In this document: positions 29,901 to 40,943 of the stretch, piece by piece | Layout of the letters: each line of letters opens with the position of its first letter | Numbering within the stretch: the first letter of the stretch is position 1 | Source: Halieaceae bacterium | GTDB taxonomy: Bacteria > Pseudomonadota > Gammaproteobacteria > Pseudomonadales > Halieaceae | Direction: 5' to 3' | Length of the DNA stretch: 64,000 nt | Assembly: GCA_036351375.1 (NCBI GenBank) | Contig: JAZBOY010000293.1 | Location: 214 to 64,213, forward strand | Notes under the pieces: generated by a model | Databases searched by the model: none | Told to the model about the DNA's origin: nothing | Seen by the model: the letters and a program-made list of their open reading frames with translations, nothing else | Program-made: the position numbers and the translations under genes

Positions 29901-30593
29901 TTCGATGACAACAGCGCTTACGATGCCATCCAGGTCCAGACTCCGGTCATCGAAAGTGATGCCCTGATTACCGGCGTTTCACCGGATCCGGCAGCCGCCG
30001 GTTTCGGCCAGTTGCTGGTGGTATCCGGTCAGAACCTGCCACTGGGCAACCAGCCCAACCAGGGGGTACAGGACAACCCGGTGGTTACCGTGACCCAGTT
30101 TGGCGTTGAGTACCCGGGCTTCAGCTTCGTCTTCGACGCCAACAACCAGCTGATACGCTTGCCGGTTGATGGGTTGGTGCCGGGCCCGGCGGAGCTGCAG
30201 CTGTCTGAGCCCGGCGCCGCCGAACGCTCGCCGGCCTTCCCGATAACAATCGCCCCGGTGCCTGCTGCCCCCGACCTGGTCGAGGCCAGGACGGCGCCCT
30301 TCGTGGGGCCTGTTACTACCACGATCATTCCCGGTGCACGGATTACGTTGCTGGCGCGCAATACCGACACAGCAGGCGTCGAGGCGATATTCCGCTGGGG
30401 TGGCAACACGGTGACACAGCCCTTGATATCCACCACGGTGCCCTTCGGCCCCACCGGTGGCCTGCTGCATGAGTTCCTGGTGCCCCCGGGCATTCCGGAG
30501 AGTACCGATGTGTCGGTCACCCTGCGCATCACCGTGAATGGCGAGCAGAGTGCCGAGAGCAACATGCTGATCCTGTCCGTGCCGATTCTCTAA
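23919..30593 (+). CDS. Giant (2224 aa) secreted multidomain protein: BNR/sialidase-like propeller, NPTIL repeat array, Ig-like (He_PIG-type) repeats, jacalin-like modules, C-terminal IPT/TIG-like domains
   Basis: Signal peptide MYLVRVVPLLVGALILLASNSPVSLAQ. Four Asp-box motifs (STNGGGTW, SADCGSTW, SGDGGASW, SSDGGSTW). Two LP.G.VGQ.Y...L.ASGG...W....G.LP.GL.L...G.LSGTP repeats. GGDGGGPF lectin-like start. ITGVSPDP... IPT-like end. Confidence 0.85.
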   Translation: MYLVRVVPLLVGALILLASNSPVSLAQDAPLSIGPNINMVSGTQWPEGDPFLRQQNEPSLAFSSRNKLHMLAGANDYRTVDVPGDFEAGATGDSWLSYFWSTNGGGTWKSTLIPCYPQDTTSDCSTNPLRGFAAGADPVVRAGANGMFYYAGIAFERSENPRSQIFVSRFIDLNNDEGGDPIRYIDTVQVDLDETGDRFLDKVWVAVDIPRGSATETFSVTQSNGETVSQTVSCGNIYVAYAALTGDGATLRSEIMLSTSADCGSTWSTPQPISEPDTLNQGANIAINPSSGPGGGGVHVGWRRFDTVEAFLGTPAVSCAKPLKDWRRKKKSQVAVEWPVDTVDIGDLRLTRDEALDLLAQRPGDNDQPESNKSVRLAQYLVASKLNLISGGGQASDTFDPAEWTRTLVGLVDEVDDFFRENPLLIVEPAKKSRKSKKSRKSKKSKKDDWDYGDKWDEFYGQAVYVGSDLDRDERRQANALRRDLRRNYLGSEDCVATAGTDPITTGSTNAMVATSSGDGGASWAAPVTVAEIRTFDQGGTNFSFRTTAYPTLAVDKTGRVYMAYAARGFATQRPDEESGDARIVLSVSSDGGSTWQAPYPIDDDPEMPGHQFKPSLLFAGGRLVVVFYDLRADVSGLFERFVYDVPEPDRLRHTLDVRAATANVLAAPLMPQFTVYDVTDRRDSQQTSRYAFITTGNGIPIETVQLQYMVPNLPTHSGGTQPFIGDYVDVATKTILKEGDGWRFATEPGDVDVYQAVWTDNRDISPPPDGDWTRYQPLNLDSGGGGSVSIFDGSPIPACEPGVTSQYTGTRNQNIYTAALSEGLIVAAPGGNRPLGIAPGATEPLERAYVVYVQNVTAVERSYRLTVSEPVEGSASFEQFDSLTSVDVSVPPYSSTVETVFASSPNPDERIVVQVQELDPTGSVLPGGLFSTVLLNADPTAPPPSNADLLTAETHNPTILNPTILNPTILNPTILNPTILNPTILNTAVFNPTILNPTILNTAVFNPTILNPTILNPTILNPTILNPTILNPTILNPTILNPTILNQAVYNPTILNPTILNPTILNSAITDPLQESAEITFAVQNDGSATSSYDINLASSQGSDDGFTYQVLVYRLNKTPVADGCSLEEEASQELIANVVDPGNQLDPAGGDGETSFYIEPGEEVFVTIRVLPDTTQPDPGDPGELDNNTLDLSIAVVPQAVNSEDAEMGETEPTGTSTTTPPVPPVLIDTIEIPDGEVGQPYSVALAASGGVAPLNWSLALGAELLDGLSLSPAGVLSGTPAEPGGLAVPVRVTDGIQVAQASFFATIEPPPLFITTTTLPAGQVGQAYPATTLASSGGFGDISWGVVSGSLPPGLTLAVDGGLSGTPSADGSFNFTVEATDGFQAVQQSLAVDIAPENVIGGDGGGPFTLTCPAGTIGKGLRGRALQDIDTIELICAEVVSVTNGFPELGAEVSAGDLGNTGGLDFGEDLVCPDFTVLTGIRANERTLGSGNVIIDQLGVTCIDSGGDLVFSTLVADNDVGGPVASVDCPVDEFVSGVSGRVGLLLDAIGVSCAPVSGEFVAADIAPKYYGVAVANPGFLSRTGQVLEFSQAPRTGTAFTFSESVGEPTNRPFTWDVMDGELVLTYGVLPGVSFFDTLDASTATPDQAALIAAQPGFIGQIEGRQRFIETVYTLVSETDLLGVAREDTQIIEYLPIPVPVSAEYPDGSLQLPPRFVTSNAAGTLRDAATAPVIPLSDTCNTEPCVPGTWGGTARYLPGVRQFDNQPYPVTNYGEVLNFATGGQQTVSGDISNLAATWTVSGGSLVVDYGDGWTQTVTPVGVNGLEYGMFSEYTDGVDRYASYDIWVKRDPGFNFTEAYLTSANDSYWNADINTWIPGRLNPDGSRPFNERFGWELDGGTDPNSGFNRSVIFAGANADQLTLFLRPNEWTIEPSGRVQIDRFLDTQFNTYDRFWYPIANTIVDGDRQFYVIELERRDSGLLFPARMNIQRELFDDNSAYDAIQVQTPVIESDALITGVSPDPAAAGFGQLLVVSGQNLPLGNQPNQGVQDNPVVTVTQFGVEYPGFSFVFDANNQLIRLPVDGLVPGPAELQLSEPGAAERSPAFPITIAPVPAAPDLVEARTAPFVGPVTTTIIPGARITLLARNTDTAGVEAIFRWGGNTVTQPLISTTVPFGPTGGLLHEFLVPPGIPESTDVSVTLRITVNGEQSAESNMLILSVPIL
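26787..27132 (+). repeat. In-frame 15-bp tandem array, 23 units, encoding (NPTIL)n
   Basis: 19 NPTIL units plus NTAVF x2, NQAVY and NSAIT. The units differ only at synonymous third positions. Confidence 0.95.
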
Positions 30594-30621
30594 CAGCGGC
30601 ACGGCAGTGATTGTGCTGCAG

Positions 30622-30652
30622 CCGCACCGGGCCGCCGGCCCGGTGCGGGTTT
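30622..30652. terminator. Terminator hairpin between convergent genes
   Basis: ccgcaccgggc-cgccg-gcccggtgcgg followed by gttt. Confidence 0.6.
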
Positions 30653-30662
30653 CGCCAGCAAG

Positions 30663-31289
30663 CTAGGTTGCGCCCAGCTCCTTCTCGGCGCGCGGGTACC
30701 AGGCCTGCATGTTGCTGCAATCCTCGGGAATCGATTCCTTGATCCAGCCAGCAAACTGCACCAGGCAGAAGAGGTCGATATCGGCGAAGCTGAAGTGGTC
30801 GCCCGCCACCCAGGGATGTTTGCCGAGCTGCTCGTCGATCATCGGCCAGAAAGCCTCAAGGCGAATCTTGCCGCGTTCGCACAGCTCCGGAATCTGCGGC
30901 AACTTCAGTGGGCCGGGCATAGCGCGATCCTTGAAGGCCGGGTGGCCGTTACGAAAGATATCGGCGATGGCCGCCATGCCCTGCAGGAAGATCTTGTGGT
31001 CCCAGCTGATGACTTCTGCTGTTTCCAGTGGCGTTGAGCCCAGCAGCGGCTTGTCCGGATGCAGGCCCTCCAGGTAAACACACTGGCCGATGACTTCGGT
31101 CAACAGCTTGCCGTCGTCCAGTACCAGGGCCGGTACCGTGCGAGCCGGGTTGATGGCGCCGTAGCTATCTTCGTGCTGTTCCAGCTTGCCAAGGTCGACC
31201 TGTTGGGTGTCGAGTTCGATGCCCTTGTACTGCAGAAACAGCTTCAGGCGCATGGGGTTGGGCGCGGGATCGTAGGTATACAGCTTCAT
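30663..31289 (-). CDS. Glutathione S-transferase family protein
   Basis: MKLYTYDPAPNPMRLKLFLQYKGIELD...TVPALVLDDG N-terminal thioredoxin-like GST fold. ATG 31289 follows a GGAG RBS; the longer track ORF is rejected. Confidence 0.85.
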   Translation of the reverse strand: MKLYTYDPAPNPMRLKLFLQYKGIELDTQQVDLGKLEQHEDSYGAINPARTVPALVLDDGKLLTEVIGQCVYLEGLHPDKPLLGSTPLETAEVISWDHKIFLQGMAAIADIFRNGHPAFKDRAMPGPLKLPQIPELCERGKIRLEAFWPMIDEQLGKHPWVAGDHFSFADIDLFCLVQFAGWIKESIPEDCSNMQAWYPRAEKELGAT

Positions 31290-31433
31290 GGAAATCTCCG
31301 TGGTGGGTAGAGGATCATCGGCAGCGTCGCATGGTACGGCAGCCCCGGCGACATTTGGAAGCCTGCCAAGTTTCCGCGGCGCCTCGAAGCCGCTATAATT
31401 CACGCCCGTTGAGACGAACTGTCTGAGGAATTT

Positions 31434-31865
31434 ATGACCAAGTCATTGAAATCTCTTGTTATATTGCTTGCTGCAGCCCTGTCGATCACGGCCTTTGCCA
31501 AGACCGAGGAGCAGCGGGCCGCCATTACCGAGCGCATCAAGCCGCACGGCAGCGTTTGCGTGGCTGGTGATACCAGCTGCGGTGCCATGACTGCGGTGGC
31601 CGCCGGTGGTGACAGCGTTCGGTCCGGTGAAGAGGTTTACAACGCCGCCTGTGTGGCTTGTCACGCCTCGGGCGCGGCGGGCGCTCCCAAGCTCGGCGAT
31701 GTTGCCGCCTGGTCCGACCGAATTTCCAAGGGCCGTGAGGTGCTGCACGACAGCGGCCTGAATGGCGTGGCCGGCACCGGCATGATCGCTCGCGGTGGCT
31801 GCATGAACTGCTCCGATGACGAGATCATCGCCGCGGTCGATTACATGGTGGATAACAGCCAGTAA
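31434..31865 (+). CDS. Cytochrome c5 family protein
   Basis: Signal peptide, CVACHASGAAGAPKLGD haem motif and a C-terminal GGCMNCSDDE disulfide pair typical of c5. Confidence 0.85.
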   Translation: MTKSLKSLVILLAAALSITAFAKTEEQRAAITERIKPHGSVCVAGDTSCGAMTAVAAGGDSVRSGEEVYNAACVACHASGAAGAPKLGDVAAWSDRISKGREVLHDSGLNGVAGTGMIARGGCMNCSDDEIIAAVDYMVDNSQ

Positions 31866-31882
31866 ATCGCAGCCCGAGCGTG

Positions 31883-31915
31883 AAAAAAAGGCCGCCTTCG
31901 GGCGGCCTTTTTTTT
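31883..31915. terminator. Bidirectional rho-independent terminator
   Basis: aaaaaaa-ggccgcc-ttcg-ggcggcc-tttttttt. Confidence 0.8.
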
Positions 31916-32028
31916 GCTGAGGAAACAGGTCCCACACCTCTGCGCTACCCAACAAGGTTTGTTAGAGTTCCTGGATGGAAACAAGGTCTGGCCCCGGTGG
32001 GGCAGAACGCTGGAACCGGGGGAACACT

Positions 32029-33153
32029 GTGAATCGCTACCTGCTTGCCGTTGCCATTGCCGTACTTGCGGCAGCCTGTGCGGAGGAGCTACCGCCCCCG
32101 CCACCTGTCGAAGTGGTTGTCGATGAGGTACTCCTCGACCCCTACCAGCCGCGATCTTCTTTTGTCGGCCGCCTGCAGGCCATCGACGATGTCTCCATCG
32201 AGGCCCAGGTCACCGGCTACCTCAAGGCGCGCGCGTTCAAGGAAGGGGATTTCGTCAAGGCCGGGGACGTGCTTTACGAGATCGACCCCGCCGTTTTCGA
32301 AGCGGAAGTGGCGCGCGCGAAGGCCGACCTGGCGCGATCCCGCGCCACCCAGGCCAACGCCGAGCGCAACTTCCGACGCGGCGAATCGCTGGTGCCGGCA
32401 GGCAATATTTCGGAATCAGAGATGGACCAGCTGCGCGCCGCCAAGCTGGAGGCAGACGCGGGCGTGGCCGCTGCCGAGGCAGCGCTGGTCACGGCCGAGG
32501 TCAATCTTGGCTATACCACGATTCGAGCGCCGATCTCCGGGCGTATTGGCCGCAGCTCGCATACCACCGGCGACCTGGTAGGCCCCAACACAGGAGTTCT
32601 CACCACCCTGGTCAGCGTTGATCCTATCTATGCACTGTTCCAGCTCTCCGAGGCCACCTTTGTGCAGATTCTCGTGCAGCGGCTGGCCCAGCCAGATGCC
32701 AGGAACCTGAACGACATCGACCTCAGCGACCTGGTGGTGCGCCTGGAACTGCGCAACGACGTCTACTACCCCGAGATCGGCCGCATCGACTACTTCTCCA
32801 ACCGCATCTCCGAAGACACGGGCACCCTGGAATCCCGCGCCGTGATTCCCAACAGCTACGGCCTGCTGGTACCGGGCCAGTACGTGCGGGTGGAGATTGT
32901 TCGCGAGGAGCTGGCCGAGGCCCTGTTTGTGCCCCAGGCCGCGGTGCAGGCCGACCAGCAGGGCAGCTTTGTGCTGGTCGTGGAGGGCGGTACCGTCCAG
33001 CGACGCAACGTGGTGCTGGACGAGCGTGTCGAAGACCGCATCGTGGTGCTGCAGGGCGTGGAAGAGGGAGAGCAGGTGATTGTGCGTGGCCTGCAGCAGG
33101 TGCGCCCGGGCCAGCCGGTAACGGTACGCCAGATGCCGCCGGCTGAAGCCTGA
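32029..33153 (+). CDS. RND efflux periplasmic adaptor (membrane fusion) lipoprotein
   Basis: Lipobox LAAAC. Hairpin/lipoyl motifs ([20 protein letters not shown]..., [15 protein letters not shown]). GTG 32029 follows GGGGGA; the track ATG at 31975 is possible. TGATG coupling to the permease. Confidence 0.88.
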   Translation: MNRYLLAVAIAVLAAACAEELPPPPPVEVVVDEVLLDPYQPRSSFVGRLQAIDDVSIEAQVTGYLKARAFKEGDFVKAGDVLYEIDPAVFEAEVARAKADLARSRATQANAERNFRRGESLVPAGNISESEMDQLRAAKLEADAGVAAAEAALVTAEVNLGYTTIRAPISGRIGRSSHTTGDLVGPNTGVLTTLVSVDPIYALFQLSEATFVQILVQRLAQPDARNLNDIDLSDLVVRLELRNDVYYPEIGRIDYFSNRISEDTGTLESRAVIPNSYGLLVPGQYVRVEIVREELAEALFVPQAAVQADQQGSFVLVVEGGTVQRRNVVLDERVEDRIVVLQGVEEGEQVIVRGLQQVRPGQPVTVRQMPPAEA

Positions 33154-36100
33154 TGTTCAGCCAGTTCTTTATCGACCGGCCCAAATTCGCCATCGTGGTG
33201 GCGATTGTGATGACCCTGGCCGGGACCATCTCCCTGTACATGCTGCCGGTGGCGGAATACCCCAGTATTGCACCGCCCTCGATCTCGGTTACCGGTGTAT
33301 TCCCGGGCGCCTCCGCCGAAGTGGTGGAGGAAACGGTGGCCACGCCGATTGAGGATGCAATCAACGGCGTGGAAGACATGATCTATATGTCTTCCAAGAG
33401 CGCCAATGATGGCAGCTATTCGTTGACGGTCACCTTCAAGGTGGGCAGCGACGCCGACATGTCACTGGTGCGGGTGCAGAACCGGGTCAAGCTGGCCGAA
33501 CCGCAGCTGCCCGCCGAAGTCCGTGCCCAGGGCCTGACCATCGAGGAGCGCTCGCCGGATATTCTCAAGATTGTCAGCTTCTTCTCCCCGGACGGCACCT
33601 ACGATTACAAGTTCCTGTCGAACTACGTGGCCATCAATGTGCGCAATAGCCTGGCCCGCATCGACGGCATATCAGCCGCCGACATTATCGGTGAAGCGGA
33701 ATACTCCATGCGCCTGTGGCTGGACCCGAACCAGATGGCGCAGCTGGCGATCACCACTGGCGACGTGCTCAACGCCCTGCGTGAACAGAACGTCCAGGTG
33801 GCGGCAGGCAAGGTGGGCGCGCCGCCCTTTGAAGGCAAGTTGCAAACCGAGTACACCCTGCAGACCAAGGGCCGGCTGGAGCAGGCCGAGGAATTCGGCA
33901 GTATCGTGCTGCGTGCCAACCCCGATGGCTCGGCCCTCTACCTGCGCGATATCGCCCGCGTGGAGCTGGGCCAGTCGGACTACGCTTTCTCCGGCACGTT
34001 CAACAACAATGCCGCGGTCAACCTGGCGTTCTACACCCAGCCCGACGCCAATGCGCTGGCGGCGGGTCACGCGGTGGATGCGGAACTGGCGCGCCTGTCG
34101 GAGTTTTTTCCGGAGGGTCTCGAGTACAGCGTCAGCTACGACACCACCCGCTACGTGTCTACCGCTATCCGCCAGGTCACCGAGTCGTTGTTCGAGGCCA
34201 TCGCCCTGGTGATCCTGGTTACCTTTATTTTCCTCGGCAACTGGCGTACGACCCTGGTGCCGGCCATTGCCATTCCGGTGTCACTGGTGGCGACCTTCGC
34301 CGTGATGCAGGTCATGGGCATGTCGGTGAATACCGTCACCCTGTTCGGCCTGATCCTGGCCATCGGCATCGTGGTGGATGACGGTATCCTGGTGGTGGAA
34401 AACTGCGACCGTCACCTGCGGGACAGTCCCGATATGACACCGAGGGAAGCGGCGAGCATCACCATGCGCGAGGTGGGCGGCGCGGTCATCGCCACCACAT
34501 TGGTGCTGCTGGCGGTGTTTGTGCCGGTGGCCATGCTGCCCGGCATCACCGGGGTGATGTACCGGCAATTTGCGGTGACCATCTGCGTGGCGGTGGTGTT
34601 CTCCTCGGTCAACGCGCTGACCCTCAGCCCGGCACTGTGCAGCCTGTTGCTGAAGTCGGGACCGCGAACAGAGGCGCGCTGGTTTGCCGGCTTTACCCGC
34701 GGTTTCGATGGCATTACCCGGCGCTACGACCGCGGGGTGGCCTGGCTGCTACGCAAGCTGGCGGTGGTGGTAGTCGTCTACGGCCTGGTGATTGGCGGGC
34801 TGGCGCTGGGGGTATTGTCCACGCCCACCAGTTTCGTGCCCGACGAAGACAAGGGCGTGATGCTGGTCAGCCTGCAACTGCCCGATGCGGCCTCCTTCAG
34901 TCGCACAGACGCGGCCATGGGCAAGCTCACCGAGCTCTTGAAGGCCGACAGACGCATCGAATCCATCACTGCCATCACCGGCTACTCCATCCTCAACGGC
35001 GCCATGCAGAGCAACGCCGGCACCATGTTCGTAGTGCTGCGGCACTGGGATGACCGCCCCGGCCGGGAAAACCAGATCTTCAGCATTGCCCAGCGCATCA
35101 ACGGGCTGGCCTTCCAGACTATCCCCGAGGCGCAGGTGTTCGCGATAGCACCACCGGCGGTGCCGGGCATGGGCGCGGTAGGCGGGCTGGAATTTGTGCT
35201 GCAGGACTCGGTGGGCCGCTCCGCCGCCGAGCTTAACGAGATGGTCAACATCATGGTGGTGGAGGGTAACCAGCAGCGCAAGCTGAGCGGCGTTTTCAGT
35301 ACCTACCGCGCCAACGTGCCCCAGTACTTCATCGATATCGATCGGGTGAAAGCCAAAAACCTGGGTGTTGGGCTGGACGAAATCTTCAACACCTTGCAGG
35401 CCCAGATGGGCTCGCTATACATCAACGATTTCAACCGCTTCGGGCAGACCTACAAGGTCATCATGCAGGCGGATTCGCAGTATCGTTCCGACCTGGATGA
35501 CCTGGAGCTGTATTACGTGCGCTCCAAGCGTGGCGAGATGGTGCCACTCAGTACCCTGGCCACTACCCGGCCGATTCTCGGGCCGGACGTGGCGGAGCGC
35601 TACAACCTGTTCCGCTCGGCGACTATTCGCGGCGCCCCGGCCCCGGGAGTGAGTTCCGGCGATGCCATCGCCAGCTTCGAAGCGCTGGCGGGGGAGACCC
35701 TGGCCCCGGGCTACCGATACGAGTGGACGGGATCTGCCTACCAGGAGAAACAGTCCTCCGGGCAGGCGCCGGTGGCGTTCGCACTGGCGCTGGTGTTCAT
35801 CTACCTGTTCCTGGTGGCACAGTATGAAAGCTTCTCGATTCCCTTCGCCATTATCCTGGTCGTGCCCATGGCCATGGGCGGTGCAGTGGCAAGCCTCCTG
35901 CTGACCGGTACAGCGTTGAATCTCTACGCGCAGATTGGCCTGGTGTTGTTGATCGGCATGGCCGCCAAGAACGCGATCCTGATCGTCGAATTTGCCCGTC
36001 GGCAGCGCGAACAGGCCGGCCTGGATATCGCCGAGGCGGCCCGCCAGGGGGCGAGCATGCGCTTTCGCGCGGTGTGCATGACGGCGGTCTCTTTCATACT

Positions 36101-36284
36101 CGGTATCCTGCCGCTGGTGGTGGCCTCCGGCGCCGGCATGTACGGGCAGCGTTCGCTGGGCTACACGGTATTCGGCGGCATGTTGGCTGCCCTGCTGGTG
36201 GGCACGCTGTTTATCCCGGCCTTCTACAGCATTGTGCAGGGCATCCGCGAACGCCTGAAACGTCAGGGTGCAGCGAGCCCCTGA
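33153..36284 (+). CDS. RND multidrug efflux permease (HAE1, AcrB/MexB-like)
   Basis: 1043 aa. [24 protein letters not shown] start, 12-TM architecture and conserved [19 protein letters not shown] motif. Confidence 0.95.
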   Translation: MFSQFFIDRPKFAIVVAIVMTLAGTISLYMLPVAEYPSIAPPSISVTGVFPGASAEVVEETVATPIEDAINGVEDMIYMSSKSANDGSYSLTVTFKVGSDADMSLVRVQNRVKLAEPQLPAEVRAQGLTIEERSPDILKIVSFFSPDGTYDYKFLSNYVAINVRNSLARIDGISAADIIGEAEYSMRLWLDPNQMAQLAITTGDVLNALREQNVQVAAGKVGAPPFEGKLQTEYTLQTKGRLEQAEEFGSIVLRANPDGSALYLRDIARVELGQSDYAFSGTFNNNAAVNLAFYTQPDANALAAGHAVDAELARLSEFFPEGLEYSVSYDTTRYVSTAIRQVTESLFEAIALVILVTFIFLGNWRTTLVPAIAIPVSLVATFAVMQVMGMSVNTVTLFGLILAIGIVVDDGILVVENCDRHLRDSPDMTPREAASITMREVGGAVIATTLVLLAVFVPVAMLPGITGVMYRQFAVTICVAVVFSSVNALTLSPALCSLLLKSGPRTEARWFAGFTRGFDGITRRYDRGVAWLLRKLAVVVVVYGLVIGGLALGVLSTPTSFVPDEDKGVMLVSLQLPDAASFSRTDAAMGKLTELLKADRRIESITAITGYSILNGAMQSNAGTMFVVLRHWDDRPGRENQIFSIAQRINGLAFQTIPEAQVFAIAPPAVPGMGAVGGLEFVLQDSVGRSAAELNEMVNIMVVEGNQQRKLSGVFSTYRANVPQYFIDIDRVKAKNLGVGLDEIFNTLQAQMGSLYINDFNRFGQTYKVIMQADSQYRSDLDDLELYYVRSKRGEMVPLSTLATTRPILGPDVAERYNLFRSATIRGAPAPGVSSGDAIASFEALAGETLAPGYRYEWTGSAYQEKQSSGQAPVAFALALVFIYLFLVAQYESFSIPFAIILVVPMAMGGAVASLLLTGTALNLYAQIGLVLLIGMAAKNAILIVEFARRQREQAGLDIAEAARQGASMRFRAVCMTAVSFILGILPLVVASGAGMYGQRSLGYTVFGGMLAALLVGTLFIPAFYSIVQGIRERLKRQGAASP

Positions 36285-36285
36285 A

Positions 36286-37218
36286 GTGCGCCATCTCGCC
36301 TTCAGCCTGATGTGTACGCTGGCAGTCGCGCCGGCCTGGGGGCAGGGCTTCGCCGACGACTTGGCGCGGCGCTTCGCCGAGAGCGAAATCACCTTTCAGC
36401 GCGGTCGCTCTGTCGCGCCCTTCCTGCCGCTGGCCAGCCTGTCGGTGTCTACCTATGCCAACACCGAGGTGGAAACCAACGACGGCCAGAACCTGCAGTA
36501 CGATCTGGATTCGGTCAGTCAGTACGCGGTGCTGCCGATCCTGGCGTCGCCAAAGGATGCGTTCTTCGTGGGCGAATACCTGAGCTACTCCGACTTCGAC
36601 GTGGCCGACGACCTGGTCGAGGATTTCGACGTGACATCCATCGGCCTGCCGCTGGGTTGGCTACGGCAGTCCAGCGAGGACTGGCAGGTGGGTGGCTTCG
36701 TCATGCCGCTGGCCCACAACAGCAGCCTCGACGAGGCCAACTGGAGCGTGCAGTACATGGGCGGCGCCTTCAGTCGCTACGTCGCTTCCGAAGATGTCTG
36801 GTGGTTGTTTGGCCTGTACGTGAACATCGCCCCCGAGGAGGATTACTACATTCCCTATGTGGGTGCGTCCTGGGCCATCGATGAGCACTGGACCCTGAGC
36901 GCAATCATGCCCTGGCCGGCAATACTCTACGCCCCCAACCGCGACTGGTTGTTCAGCCTTGGCGCCTCGCCGTCCGGGGCTTCCTGGAATATCTCATCGG
37001 GACGCGACGACGTGGCCGTCAACTACGACGCCTGGGATATCGACCTGCGCGCCGAGCGCAGGATTCACGGCAACCTCTGGCTGGGCGCCCGCGCCGGTGT
37101 GGGTGGCCTGCGCGGGGTGCGACTTTCCGGCAGCGACTTCGACTGGCCCGACTTCGACGTGGGCTCCAGCGGTTTTTTCGCCGTGGATCTCAACTTCCGG
37201 CCCTCCGCCAGCCAGTAG
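36286..37218 (+). CDS. Hypothetical secreted, beta-rich (possibly outer-membrane) protein encoded where an OMF gene would be expected
   Basis: A GTG sits 1 nt after the permease stop and gives the signal peptide (M)RHLAFSLMCTLAVAPAWG. About 310 aa, aromatic-rich alternating segments, with no TolC/OprM features. Confidence 0.5.
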   Translation: MRHLAFSLMCTLAVAPAWGQGFADDLARRFAESEITFQRGRSVAPFLPLASLSVSTYANTEVETNDGQNLQYDLDSVSQYAVLPILASPKDAFFVGEYLSYSDFDVADDLVEDFDVTSIGLPLGWLRQSSEDWQVGGFVMPLAHNSSLDEANWSVQYMGGAFSRYVASEDVWWLFGLYVNIAPEEDYYIPYVGASWAIDEHWTLSAIMPWPAILYAPNRDWLFSLGASPSGASWNISSGRDDVAVNYDAWDIDLRAERRIHGNLWLGARAGVGGLRGVRLSGSDFDWPDFDVGSSGFFAVDLNFRPSASQ

Positions 37219-37260
37219 GCTAAGCTAGTAGCTGTTTCGGTTCCCAGCGGAGGGAAAACA

Positions 37261-38721
37261 ATGGGCAATGTGCTCAAGGGATTGTGCAGCCTGCTGCTGT
37301 CACTGGCGGTTGCAGCACCAACGACGGCCCAGGGCCTGGCCGATCACCGTGATGTCCAGGCGGGCATCTTCCTGGCCAATGCCTGGCTCGAGAATCGGTT
37401 GAACTATGACCGGGTGCCGGGCGCTTCTATCGCCGTGGTGGCCGACCAGGAGACCGTGTGGGCCGAGGGTTTCGGCTACGCCCGGTTGCGTGGCAAGGTG
37501 CCGGCGACTACCGATACCCGGTACAGCATCTGCTCGGTATCGAAGCTGTTTACCAGCCTCGGTGTGATGCAGCTGCGCGATGCCGGCAAGCTGGACCTGG
37601 ATGCGCCGCTGGACCAGCTGCTGCCCTGGTATGACCTGCCGCCCCACGCGGACGCGGAAGAGCCGGTCACCCTGCGCAACATTCTCTCCCATGTGGCGGG
37701 CCTGCCTAGAGAGGCGGTCACACCCTACTGGGTCGAGGAGGACTTCCCCGCCCGTGGCACCCTGCAGGAAGGCGTCGGTGAACAGGCCGCCCTGTACCGA
37801 CCTTATGAGCGCTTTCAGTATTCAAACCTGGGCATGAGCCTGGCCGGCGAGGCGATTGCCGCAGCCTCCGGCGAGGATTACCACGCCTACGTGCGAGACA
37901 ACATCCTCACTCCCCTCGGTATGGATGCCACCAGCAGTGAACTGCCCGTGGCCGACTACGGCAAGGGCTTTGCTGCGGGCTACCGCCTGCCGGATGATCG
38001 GGGCAAGCGCCCGGAAGTAGGCAAGTACACGCTCAATGGCATTGCGCCCGCGGCAGGCTTCGCCTCCAGCGTCAACGACCTTGCGCGCTTCGCCAAATGG
38101 CAGTTTCGATTGCTCGAGAACGGTGGCGAAGAGGTGGTCAAGGCCACCACCCTGCGGGAGATGCAGCGCCTGCAGTGGGCCGAGCCCGATATGGACGGCG
38201 CCAACTGGGGCCTTGGTTTTTCGCTCAGCAAGGTAGGCGATGAAATCTGGGTGGGCCACGGTGGCTACTGCCCCGGCTATCGCACCAGTTTCCTGCTGCG
38301 CCCGCAGGACAGGGTGGCGGTGGCCATGATGGCGAACGTCAACGATGTCTCGCCGGGCAACCTGGTAAGGCAGGTGGTGGCCCTGATGGGGCCGGGCCTG
38401 GAAGCGGCCGCCGGTGCGGAGGAGGGCGATGACGGTGCAGACGAGGCGCAAGACTTCAGCGCCTACCAGGGTATCTACGGGCGCCGGCTGATGCCGACCA
38501 ACTATGCCCTGGCGGCCACCTCGAAGGGCTTGACCGGTATTTCCCTCTACAGCGACACGCCCGCCGACTACAAGCTGGACCTGCGGCACGAGGAAGGCCA
38601 CGTGTTCCGGGTGTACTCGAAGAAGGATGAGCCCCTGCACACAGTGCGTTTCGAAGTGGACGAGGACGGCCGCGCCACACGCATGTGGTTGCACGGGCAG
38701 TATGCGGACCGGCTCGATTAA
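37261..38721 (+). CDS. Serine hydrolase, beta-lactamase/PBP-fold family
   Basis: Signal peptide, SxxK (CSVSKLFT), YxN (QYSNLG) and HGG (VGHGGY) motifs. Confidence 0.85.
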   Translation: MGNVLKGLCSLLLSLAVAAPTTAQGLADHRDVQAGIFLANAWLENRLNYDRVPGASIAVVADQETVWAEGFGYARLRGKVPATTDTRYSICSVSKLFTSLGVMQLRDAGKLDLDAPLDQLLPWYDLPPHADAEEPVTLRNILSHVAGLPREAVTPYWVEEDFPARGTLQEGVGEQAALYRPYERFQYSNLGMSLAGEAIAAASGEDYHAYVRDNILTPLGMDATSSELPVADYGKGFAAGYRLPDDRGKRPEVGKYTLNGIAPAAGFASSVNDLARFAKWQFRLLENGGEEVVKATTLREMQRLQWAEPDMDGANWGLGFSLSKVGDEIWVGHGGYCPGYRTSFLLRPQDRVAVAMMANVNDVSPGNLVRQVVALMGPGLEAAAGAEEGDDGADEAQDFSAYQGIYGRRLMPTNYALAATSKGLTGISLYSDTPADYKLDLRHEEGHVFRVYSKKDEPLHTVRFEVDEDGRATRMWLHGQYADRLD

Positions 38722-38729
38722 CGGAGCCT

Positions 38730-38829
38730 GTCATTCCAGCTCACGGTGGCGTGCGCGGGAATCCAGTGCGTCAGCTGAGATCGAGTAGCTGGATTCCCCT
38801 ACGCGGGCCGCCGCCTTCGCGGGAATGAC
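38730..38829. repeat. REP/MITE-like nested palindromic intergenic element
   Basis: The outer inverted repeat is gtcattcc...gggaatgac. The inner inverted repeat is gcgggaatccag...ctggattcccc. Confidence 0.5.
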
Positions 38830-38853
38830 GACGATCACCAGAGATGCTGTCCC

Positions 38854-40884
<2,031 letters not shown>

Positions 40885-40943
40885 ATTGTAGCAGCGGCAA
40901 GCCGGTCGATACTATTTGTCAGGCACGCATAACGGGAGTTCGT

